A DNA stretch of 64,000 bases from an uncultured Thermotogae bacterium (lineage in GTDB: Bacteria > Bipolaricaulota > Bipolaricaulia > UBA7950 > UBA9294), in contig CAZMYM010000002.1 of the NCBI GenBank assembly GCA_964570515.1, forward strand, positions 89,045-153,044, read 5' to 3'. Of this stretch, positions 35,906 through 43,431 are shown in pieces; the stretch's first letter is position 1, and each line of letters opens with the position of its first letter. The notes below the pieces were generated by a model. The model had not been told where the DNA came from and ran no database searches. It was given only the letters and a program-made list of their open reading frames with translations. The translations under genes and the position numbers were made by a program.

Positions 35906-36052
35906 TCTGGGGGAAGAAGACCTTCCCGTAGCACCAGATTCCGCTGACTGGTCCCTGCGTACCGGCACGGTGCCCACGCGGGTTCGCCCCCGGAACTCCC
36001 GGCATGCAATCTTCTCCCTCTGACGCGTCGGTAGCTCCAGTACGGCGATTAT

Positions 36053-36081
36053 TTGACCGCCTCCAATCTATGCCGTAGAAT
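36053..36081 (+). promoter_or_regulatory. Near-consensus sigma-70 promoter of abiEi-abiEii
   Basis: TTGACC (36053-36058), 17-nt spacer, TAGAAT (36076-36081), 50 nt upstream of the ATG. Confidence 0.55.
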
Positions 36082-36131
36082 AGCCACACAACGAAGAACG
36101 CTTCTCTCTGTAGAACCTTGGAGACCATCCA

Positions 36132-36971
36132 ATGAAAGCCGAAAAGAAACTGAAGAGGTCGCAGGTCGGAGTGGAACTCATCCGGGTTCTGGTTTCCGAG
36201 GGCGATCGCATCTTCTCGACGAAGCGGGCAAGGGAGCTTGCCCCTCGCGTTGGCTTGAGCGATTCGTACCTTGTGGAAGCATTGCACCACCTGCGCAACA
36301 ACGGGTGGATCGTCTCACTGCGCCGAGGTCTCTACGCGGTGTCAGCATCGGTCCCAGGAGTCACCCCTGTCCATGAGTTCGAGATCGCCGCAGCGCTGGT
36401 CGCCCCCGCGGCCATCAGCCATTGGTCGGCCCTGCATTACCACGGCATGACGGAGCAGCTTCCGCGACGAGTGTTCGTGCTGACGACGACGGAGACGTCC
36501 GTTCCCCGGGCACGTGGAACGCACACCGCACGAGACGGCAATGCCTATCGGATTGGCGAGACGACCTATCAATTCGTTCAGGTCAAGCCGGAGAGGTTCT
36601 TCGGGACAGGGAGAGCGTGGATTGGAGACTCCCGCGTGCCCGTCACCGATCCCGAACGCACGTTGCTTGACGGACTCTCCCGACCTCAGTATTGTGGCGA
36701 CTTCGCCGAAGTTCTCCATGCATTCGAGGTGTGGCGAGATCACCTGCGGATCGATCGGCTCATCAACTACGCGCGCCAATTGGACGCAGCGGTCTCCAAG
36801 CGCTTGGGGTGGGTGCTTGAGAATCAAGGCACCCAGACAGAACGACTTGAGGCCCTCAGGGAGCTTGCCATCAAAGGCTATCGGAAGCTCGATCCGACCG
36901 GGCCACGCGCGGGCCCGCTCAACCGTCGCTGGATGATCCAGGAGAACCTTCCAGGAAGGCTTCGGCGATGA
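36132..36971 (+). CDS. abiEi: AbiEi-family antitoxin / transcriptional regulator (type IV TA)
   Basis: 279 aa with an N-terminal wHTH-like segment (FSTKRARELAPRVGLSDSYLVEALHHLRNNGWIV). The AbiEi-like core contains AAISHWSALHYHGMTEQLPRRVFVLT. 4-nt overlap with the next gene. Confidence 0.75.
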   Translation: MKAEKKLKRSQVGVELIRVLVSEGDRIFSTKRARELAPRVGLSDSYLVEALHHLRNNGWIVSLRRGLYAVSASVPGVTPVHEFEIAAALVAPAAISHWSALHYHGMTEQLPRRVFVLTTTETSVPRARGTHTARDGNAYRIGETTYQFVQVKPERFFGTGRAWIGDSRVPVTDPERTLLDGLSRPQYCGDFAEVLHAFEVWRDHLRIDRLINYARQLDAAVSKRLGWVLENQGTQTERLEALRELAIKGYRKLDPTGPRAGPLNRRWMIQENLPGRLRR

Positions 36972-37843
36972 AGCCGCTCTACACGCGTTTGCAGGAAGTC
37001 AGAGGGAAACTCGGGACGCCGTGGGAGATTCTTGAACGCGACTACCTCCTCTCTTGGATTCTCGCTGGCATCGGGCTGGTCGATTCGCTGAGCGGGACCC
37101 TCGTCTTCAAGGGCTGGACTGCACTCAAGAAGTGCTACTTCGGCGATTATCGTTTCTCGGAGGATCTCGACTTCTCCACCCTGCAGGGCGCCCCAATCGG
37201 CGATGCGATGGAACACGCGATCGGAGAGAGCTGTCAGGCAGCCGCCGAGTTGCTTGATGAGTACGCGCCCGTAGAGATCGTGTCCGAGCGATACACCGAG
37301 ACCGATCCGCACCCGGAAGGCCAGGAAGCCTTCACGATTCGCGCGCGTTTCCCATGGCACAGGCAACTGCATACGCGTGTCAAGATCGAGATCACCCAGG
37401 ACGAAGAGATCCTCAAACCCACGGCAACGCGACAGGTCATCCACGAATACGGCGAGCCCTTCGATGCCGAGGTCCAGACCTACGCCTTGGAGGAAATCGT
37501 TGCGGAAAAGCTCCGTGCGATCCTCCAGCATATGGAGAAGCTTCAAACACGAGGATGGAGCCGCTCGCGCGCTCGTGACTACTACGATCTCTGGCGGATC
37601 ATCGGGACCTATGGCGATCGATTCCATCTTTCCGGTTTCGTGCCGTTCCTCCACGAGAAGTGCGCCGCACGCAACGTCAGTTTCGAAGGCCCTAGCAACT
37701 TCTTCCAGGAACCGATGCTCTCGTACGTCGAAGCGACATGGGAGCAGTCGCTCGGTCCGCTGGTTCCCGAACTGCCGCCCTTCGAAACCGTGATCGGAGA
37801 GCTGCGCCCGCAGATCGCGGATCTGATATCGCCAGGGGAATGA
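36968..37843 (+). CDS. abiEii: AbiEii/AbiGii nucleotidyltransferase toxin (DUF1814)
   Basis: 291 aa. LVFKGWTALKKCYFGDYRFSEDLDFS is the characteristic (GG)TAL...Y...RFSEDLDF motif. Confidence 0.8.
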   Translation: MKPLYTRLQEVRGKLGTPWEILERDYLLSWILAGIGLVDSLSGTLVFKGWTALKKCYFGDYRFSEDLDFSTLQGAPIGDAMEHAIGESCQAAAELLDEYAPVEIVSERYTETDPHPEGQEAFTIRARFPWHRQLHTRVKIEITQDEEILKPTATRQVIHEYGEPFDAEVQTYALEEIVAEKLRAILQHMEKLQTRGWSRSRARDYYDLWRIIGTYGDRFHLSGFVPFLHEKCAARNVSFEGPSNFFQEPMLSYVEATWEQSLGPLVPELPPFETVIGELRPQIADLISPGE

Positions 37844-38003
37844 GGATCGGGTTCCTGGTTAGTTCCTGAGGACCGGCGCGTTGCGCTCGAGGGATTCCAC
37901 AGGAGGCAAGAGACCGGGGCAACCCCATTCCGCCTGTGCAGCCAGCAAGCCAAGCTCTGCGACGTTCAGCAACGGGTCGAGGTGTGCGTTCTCGGCGTTT
38001 CAG

Positions 38004-38279
38004 CTACATGCAGACACCCACGATCTGCAAGATTGTGCCCAGCGCGACCAGGGCAAAGCCACTGCGGTTCAGTATCTTGGCCCGCTTCAGATAAGCATTA
38101 GCAATTGGCTGCCACTCGCCGTCAGGAACGTCGGGCACCTCTGAATCTGCGAACTTTATCATGGATATGCCAGATATGACGACATTCCCGATTCTCTTCG
38201 TAGGCAGTCCGTAGAAAAACAAGAGACATGCTCCCGTGAGCGTGAGTGCGAGGCCTCCGGCGGAGAGGAACACTGACAT
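38004..38279 (-). CDS. Small 2-TM membrane protein
   Basis: 91 aa from ATG 38279, preceded by AGGAGG. Hydrophobic helices at both ends (LSAGGLALTLTGACLLFFYGL; GFALVALGTILQIVGVCM). It starts 16 nt after the Zn-ribbon gene. Confidence 0.6.
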   Translation of the reverse strand: MSVFLSAGGLALTLTGACLLFFYGLPTKRIGNVVISGISMIKFADSEVPDVPDGEWQPIANAYLKRAKILNRSGFALVALGTILQIVGVCM

Positions 38280-38295
38280 GCAGATCTCCTCCTTT

Positions 38296-38904
38296 CTATG
38301 GTGCGTTACCGTGGCAAAACGCCTTGGCGTCTTCCAGAACCTGACGGATTCTGGTCTCAGGCCAATCGGCTTCCTTGAGCTGTGTGAGCTTGGCGAAGTA
38401 GCCGCGTTCGTGTGCGATCCGATTCCGCACATCGTCAATCTCGCGGACTAGCGGATCCCAGGTTGGTGAGAGCACAAGTGTGTCACTCCGAGTCATGTGC
38501 TCTGTGACCGCAAGGAGGCCGGAGAGAGTGACCTGCTTGGGATGGTTCGGAATCTGCCCCCAGATTGAGCTGACCCTAGGAGTCGCCGCAGTCAGGCTCG
38601 ATGTCGGTGTGAAGCTCCGTAGGTTCTCCCACAGGATGAACTCCACGTTGACGGCCGCGACGAGCAGCGCCGCTGCATGCTCGGCCTTCGCCAGCAGCCT
38701 ATCGACCTCCTGCCAGCCGATGATGAGCTTCGCATCCACTGACGCGCTTACCCGCACTTGCGCGTGCATCTCCCCGAACTTGGTTCGCTTCGTCGACCCG
38801 CAATTGGGACAGGGCATACGCTTCGCTCCTTCAGGCCGAGGATCCTCAGCGGGTAACCACGTTTCGCAGTCGCTGCATCTGTCTTGACCACGTTTGACAC
38901 TCAC
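38296..38904 (-). CDS. Zinc-ribbon protein with C-terminal HEPN-like Rx4H motif
   Basis: 202 aa. CxxC-x18-CxxC (CSDC...CPNC) at the N-terminus. DDVRNRIAHERG (R160-x4-H165, nt 38410-38427) near the C-terminus. Its start overlaps the MTase stop by 4 nt. Confidence 0.65.
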   Translation of the reverse strand: MSVKRGQDRCSDCETWLPAEDPRPEGAKRMPCPNCGSTKRTKFGEMHAQVRVSASVDAKLIIGWQEVDRLLAKAEHAAALLVAAVNVEFILWENLRSFTPTSSLTAATPRVSSIWGQIPNHPKQVTLSGLLAVTEHMTRSDTLVLSPTWDPLVREIDDVRNRIAHERGYFAKLTQLKEADWPETRIRQVLEDAKAFCHGNAP

Positions 38905-41699
38905 TTGCTGATCTCCTCGTTTGAAGCAGTCGCCCGTTCGAGGTTGAGGGTGAGGAGGCGTTCGAGGATCTGGTCGTCGGGGAGGTCGTGGGGCCAGGCG
39001 TAGGCGTCGAGTACCGCCTCATCGAGGCGGCAGTGGGCGAGGTCGAGCCAGGTGGGGCGCTGGTTGTAGAGGTTGGTGAGGGTGCGCTTCTTGAGTTCGC
39101 TTTCGCTCGCGCCTTCGGGGTTCAGCCAACGGTCGCGCTTCGCGACGAGTTCCTTCGCCGCTGCGGCGATCGCCTGGACGCGCGGATCGTCGACCGGCTC
39201 GGTTCCAGGCGCCCACGGGAACGGGAACGTCTCGAAGCAGGTCGTCGGCGTGTAGCGGAAGCCGCTTTCTCGCTCACGCACCTGGGTGCCCTGCCGACGG
39301 GCCCACAGCTCGTGAACCTTCGAGTGGAGGACGCCGAAGAAGTAGGCGTCTTCGCGGGCGAAGACGATGGTGGCATCATTGGCCACAACTTCCTGCGCCA
39401 GCCAGACGAAAAGGCGATGCTTGGCGTGTCTAGGCGTGCAGATGAACCGGCTCTTTGCCGAGAGAGCTTCTCTCATTCCAGGGCGAGGTTCTGCGTACTG
39501 CCACCACTTCTCCGCGTAGGCGCGCCTTCGATTCTTCGAGCGGATCGGGTAGACGTGCTTCCTGGCGTATTCGAATGGCATCTCGTACTGAGAGGCCTCT
39601 TCGACGGACATCAGGGCGAAGTCGACGGTCCACACCCCACGCGACCCTCGCGCGATATCAACAGCACTGTAGACACGGCGCACCACATCTGAGTTCGGGC
39701 GGGCGTTTGGATTGCCTGCCGAAGCCAACATCGCCATTGCAGTTTCACGAGGGATGTCGAACGGCCCCTTTGGCGATGGTCCCTGGTATGAGATGCCGAG
39801 GTTCTCAGCTAGGACCGCACGCTTCGTCAAGTCGAGCATGGAAGTGAGATCGGAGTTGACGGATTGAACAGGTTCTTCGTCCAGCTCACACTCGGGTTCG
39901 CTTCCGTCATCGAAGCCGAGCATCGAAACGTGTACCGCCGCGCCTTCGAGGATCCACTCCCGGTCGGACTGCGCCCAGAAGATGTCCCCGGTCTCCTTGA
40001 TCCGCTTGAGAACCGTCCGGTTCACGCCTCCTCGGATCGCTTGCGTCGCCAGGAGACCGGCGCGGCGGAGCTTGCCGCTCTGGATTGCGGACCGTGCCTT
40101 CTCGAACCAGTAGCAGCAGAGATCTGAGAAAGCAGGAACACGGTCTTCGTACTTCCGGAAGAGGCTATCGACGTAGCAGTCTCCGAGTTCCTGGCGGATC
40201 CGATTCCCACCAACGAACGGCGGATTTCCGATGGCGACGTCGGCCTCGGGCCATTCGGGCTCGATTGGGTTCCCGTCCTCGTCGAACGCGAGGATCGCGT
40301 CCATCTCGTGGATGTTGTCGAGGGCCTTCAGGATCGGTTCGGACGGCTGGCCGAACCCGTTCTCGCGCAGCCACTGGATGTAGCCGATCCAGATGGTGGC
40401 CTGAGCGAGCTCGTGGGCGTACTCGTTGATCTCGATCCCGTAGAGCTGTTCGGGGCTGACGGTCGGGAAGAACATGCCGAGACCCACGTTGGCCGAGAAG
40501 GCGATGACCTCCTTCTCCAAGTTGAGCATCTGGCGCAGCGCAACATAAAGGAAGTTCCCGCTGCCGCAGGCGGGATCGAGGACCTTGGTGTCGGCGATCT
40601 CGTCGGCGAACCCGGTCAGGCACTTCGACAGTCGGTTCCGCGCTCGCGTCTTTGCCCCGCCGGCGGAATCGGCCGCCTGCCACTTCTCGTGCAGCTCGGC
40701 GGCTTGGGTTTGCACTTCCTCCCAACGTCGCCGAAGCGGGCGCATCAGGACCGGCTCAACGATCAGCAGGATGTCGTCGCGGCTGGTGTAGTGCGCGCCG
40801 AGCTGGGCGCGCTTCCCCGGATCGAGCCCGCGCTCGAACAGCGTCCCGAGGATCGACGGTTCGATCGACGACCAGTCGAGGCGAGCGACGCGGGAGAGGA
40901 TCTCCAAATCGTCGCGTCCGAGCGGGAGTGTCTCGCGGCTGTCGAAGATCCCGCCGTCGAAGTGCGGGATCCGTTCGAGTCCGAAGTACCCTCCGTCGGC
41001 CATGTGGCCGAACAGCTCCTCGACCAGTTCGCGGGCTCGACTCGGATCGTCCTTGGAGCTACCGATCAGTTTGGTGAAGAGATTCTCCGGGAGCAGGCCG
41101 ATGTCCTCGGCGAACAGGCAGAACAGAATGCGGATCAGGAAGTGGGCCGCCTTCTCGGGATCGTGCCCGGCAGTCCGGAGCGACTCGGCAAGCTTTCCGA
41201 ACTCGGCGGCTGCCTGCTTGGTGACGCCTTCGGTCGTCTGCTCGGCGCGGAGCCGCTCCGGGTGCTCGAACGCGTTACGCAGGATTTGGAGCCCGTCCTT
41301 CGTCAGCAGATCGTCGAACGTGAGCGTGAACGTCTGCTTGATCGTGTTGGTGAAGTTGGTGTGGATGACGATCGTCTCCATGTCGGAGACGATGAGGAGC
41401 GGCGGGTTGAGGAGCGCGTCGCGATAGAGCTGGAGCTGTTCGTAGGCCTTGTCGAGATTCTTGTGTTTGCCCTTGTACTCCCAGGCGAAGGCGCCCTTCT
41501 TCCAGACGTCGGCCCAGCCCTCGCCGCCGGTCCGCTTGGTCGCGCCCTTCTCGAACGTGAACGTCGCGCCTTCCGGATCGGCCTTCGCTGGCGTCGGATG
41601 CCCGAGCATTCGGCAGAGGTCGTTGAAGTGCGACTGCGATCCCGCGCTCTCCTTCAGCTTCGAGCGCCGCCACTTGTCGACGAATTCCTGCGCGGTCAT
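38901..41699 (-). CDS. MmeI-like Type IIL restriction-modification enzyme (N-terminal D...ExK nuclease + gamma-class N6-adenine MTase + TRD)
   Basis: 932 aa from ATG 41699. GWADVWKKGAFAWEYKGKHKNLDKAYEQLQLY (D..ExK), LIRILFCLFAEDIGL, LDWSSIEPSILGTLFE, LGAHYTSRDDIL, LDPACGSGNFL (motif I), GNPPFVGG (motif IV) and FRYTPTTCFETFPFPW all parallel MmeI as I remember it. Confidence 0.8.
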   Translation of the reverse strand: MTAQEFVDKWRRSKLKESAGSQSHFNDLCRMLGHPTPAKADPEGATFTFEKGATKRTGGEGWADVWKKGAFAWEYKGKHKNLDKAYEQLQLYRDALLNPPLLIVSDMETIVIHTNFTNTIKQTFTLTFDDLLTKDGLQILRNAFEHPERLRAEQTTEGVTKQAAAEFGKLAESLRTAGHDPEKAAHFLIRILFCLFAEDIGLLPENLFTKLIGSSKDDPSRARELVEELFGHMADGGYFGLERIPHFDGGIFDSRETLPLGRDDLEILSRVARLDWSSIEPSILGTLFERGLDPGKRAQLGAHYTSRDDILLIVEPVLMRPLRRRWEEVQTQAAELHEKWQAADSAGGAKTRARNRLSKCLTGFADEIADTKVLDPACGSGNFLYVALRQMLNLEKEVIAFSANVGLGMFFPTVSPEQLYGIEINEYAHELAQATIWIGYIQWLRENGFGQPSEPILKALDNIHEMDAILAFDEDGNPIEPEWPEADVAIGNPPFVGGNRIRQELGDCYVDSLFRKYEDRVPAFSDLCCYWFEKARSAIQSGKLRRAGLLATQAIRGGVNRTVLKRIKETGDIFWAQSDREWILEGAAVHVSMLGFDDGSEPECELDEEPVQSVNSDLTSMLDLTKRAVLAENLGISYQGPSPKGPFDIPRETAMAMLASAGNPNARPNSDVVRRVYSAVDIARGSRGVWTVDFALMSVEEASQYEMPFEYARKHVYPIRSKNRRRAYAEKWWQYAEPRPGMREALSAKSRFICTPRHAKHRLFVWLAQEVVANDATIVFAREDAYFFGVLHSKVHELWARRQGTQVRERESGFRYTPTTCFETFPFPWAPGTEPVDDPRVQAIAAAAKELVAKRDRWLNPEGASESELKKRTLTNLYNQRPTWLDLAHCRLDEAVLDAYAWPHDLPDDQILERLLTLNLERATASNEEISK

Positions 41700-41705
41700 T
41701 GGCGA

Positions 41706-41809
41706 CCCCCCGGGTCGCTTGAGAGAAGCTTCAATGGGTGGCTTCTCGTGTTCATCACTCTTCCCTCGGGTTGCTTGCGAGAAGCTTCCATCGGGCGCTG
41801 CTCGTGTTC
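41706..41809. repeat. Two imperfect 48-bp direct repeats in the MTase 5' leader
   Basis: 41706-41753 against 41762-41809, about 39/48 identical by hand with a 56-bp period. Copy A folds as GAGAAGC-11 nt-GCTTCTC just upstream of the RBS; both copies contain AAGCTT. Confidence 0.75.
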
Positions 41810-41966
41810 GGTTCTCAAGCAGTGTGTCTCCTGTGACCCATTGGCGCCACGTTCCCTCATTGCCGCGCGTTTCATACTGACCCCGTCGAGCCGTTCCGAT
41901 CTCTTCCGCTGAGGCGTTTGAGGCGATCCTGAGGCGTTGGCAGCGTCGATCCATGAGTCATTTGGG

Positions 41967-42155
41967 TCATTTCTGAGGCATTTCTTTCACTCGTTCGTAG
42001 TGGGTCCCCCGCCCTGCGCCGATTCTCCGCAGCACGCCCTTCGCGACCAGTTTGTCGAGATCGCGTGAGGCCGTTTGCCGACTCTCGCCCATGAGGTGCT
42101 CAGGAAGATGCGAAACACCGGACGCCTCCTTCCTCTCTCTTGCTTCAGGATGAGT
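41967..42155 (-). pseudogene. Remnant of a winged-helix DNA-binding protein C-terminus
   Basis: This frame differs from the 64-aa track ORF and reads ...HLMGESRQTASRDLDKLVAKGVLRRIGAGRGTHYERVKEMPQK*. It is open only back to a TAG at 42156-42158 and has no plausible full-length start. Confidence 0.5.
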
Positions 42156-42308
42156 CTAACGAAGGAGAGGTTTCGATCCAACGATGTTTGGCCACTGAAC
42201 GCACTTCGGGCCGGCTGGGATCAACGTTCACACACGCTTCAGACGATGGGATGATTGCCGGAATGCGCCCAGTATAATGCGGCCATCAAGCGAGGTGCGG
42301 GAGGGTTC

Positions 42309-43430
42309 ATGAGCTACAAGATTGCGCTCTTGCCCGGCGACGGCGTCGGCGGCGACGTGCTCGAAGCGGCGAAGGGTGTCCTCGATGCGATCGGCTTCGA
42401 GGCAGAATACACCTACGGTGACATCGGCTGGGAGTTCTGGAAGAAGGAAGGGAAACCCCTTCCGGAGCGAACGATTGACCTTCTGAAGTCGACCGACTGC
42501 TGCCTGTTCGGCGCGATCACGTCGAAGCCGAAGGACGAGGCGGCGGCCGAGCTGGCCCCCGAGCTGCAGGACAAAGGGATCGTCTACTCGAGCCCGATCG
42601 TCGGCCTGAGGCAGCTGTTTGGTCTGCACACGAACCTGCGTCCGTGCAAGGCGTACGCGGGAAACCCGCTCAACTTGCGGGATGACATCGATCTCGTCGT
42701 CTTCCGCGAGAACACCGAAGGCTTGTACTGCGGCGTCGAATGGCATCCGGTGCCGGAGGGAGTCCGTGCCGCGTTCGATGCACACCCGAAGATGAGGCGA
42801 TTCGGAAGCGTTGCCAACGACGACATGGCGATCTCGACCCGCATCTTCACCCGCGAAGGCTGCCGCGCCATCCTTCGCAGCGCCTTCGAGTACGCCAAGA
42901 AGCACGGCTACAAGACCGTCACCGTCGCCGAGAAGCCGAACGTCATCCGCGAGACCTCGGGGCTGATGATCCGCGAGGCCCGCGAGATGGCGAAGGAATA
43001 CCCCGGCATCGAGTTATGGGAGACGAACATCGACGCGATGTGCATGTGGCTCGTCAAGAATCCCCAGGACTACGGCGTGCTCGTCAGCTCGAACATGTTC
43101 GGTGACATCCTGTCCGACCTGGCGGCGCAGATCGTCGGTGGGCTCGGCTTCGCGTGCGCCGGGAACATCGGCGACGACTACGCCGTCTTCGAGCCGACGC
43201 ACGGCTCGGCGCCGAAGTACGTCGGCCAGAACAAGGTCAATCCGATCGCCACGATCCGCTCCGCGAAGATGATGCTTGACTACCTCGGCGAGATCGAGAT
43301 GGCGGCCAAGATCGAGACCGCCGTGTCGCGAACGATCGCCGAAGGCCGCCTGCAGACCTACGACATGGGTGGCGCCACGACGACATCCGAGATGGCCGAG
43401 GCGATCGCGAAGGCCGCGAAGGAGGCTTGA
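42309..43430 (+). CDS. Isocitrate/isopropylmalate dehydrogenase family protein
   Basis: IALLPGDGVGGDV, NLRPCK, VFRENTEGLY and SNMFGDILSDLAAQIVGGLG. The start was moved to ATG 42309 after GGGAGGG. Confidence 0.85.
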   Translation: MSYKIALLPGDGVGGDVLEAAKGVLDAIGFEAEYTYGDIGWEFWKKEGKPLPERTIDLLKSTDCCLFGAITSKPKDEAAAELAPELQDKGIVYSSPIVGLRQLFGLHTNLRPCKAYAGNPLNLRDDIDLVVFRENTEGLYCGVEWHPVPEGVRAAFDAHPKMRRFGSVANDDMAISTRIFTREGCRAILRSAFEYAKKHGYKTVTVAEKPNVIRETSGLMIREAREMAKEYPGIELWETNIDAMCMWLVKNPQDYGVLVSSNMFGDILSDLAAQIVGGLGFACAGNIGDDYAVFEPTHGSAPKYVGQNKVNPIATIRSAKMMLDYLGEIEMAAKIETAVSRTIAEGRLQTYDMGGATTTSEMAEAIAKAAKEA

Positions 43431-43431
43431 G

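Larger units (their letters stand above)
34100..42200. other. Accessory/defence island 2 (approximate borders)
   Basis: TA, Abi and R-M genes lie between the PIG-L deacetylase and the IDH-family dehydrogenase, ending at a wHTH gene remnant. No integrase is seen. Confidence 0.6.

Noticed and set aside
35976-35995. tRNA T-arm-like GCGGGTTCGCCCCCGG as a possible tRNA or att remnant
   Set aside because: The 3' half does not complement the 5' half (CCGGA rather than CCCGC), and no acceptor or anticodon arms can be drawn around it.
38901-41699. BREX PglX-type methyltransferase
   Set aside because: No PglZ, BrxC, BrxL or other BREX genes are nearby. The N-terminal D...ExK nuclease motif and overall colinearity fit a stand-alone MmeI-like Type IIL enzyme better.
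40308-41912. 534-aa plus-strand ORF
   Set aside because: It is antisense to the MmeI-like gene, whose own frame carries many ordered family motifs.
41987-42181. 64-aa track ORF
   Set aside because: Its translation looks like noise. A different frame gives a clear wHTH C-terminal fragment, which I reported as a pseudogene instead.
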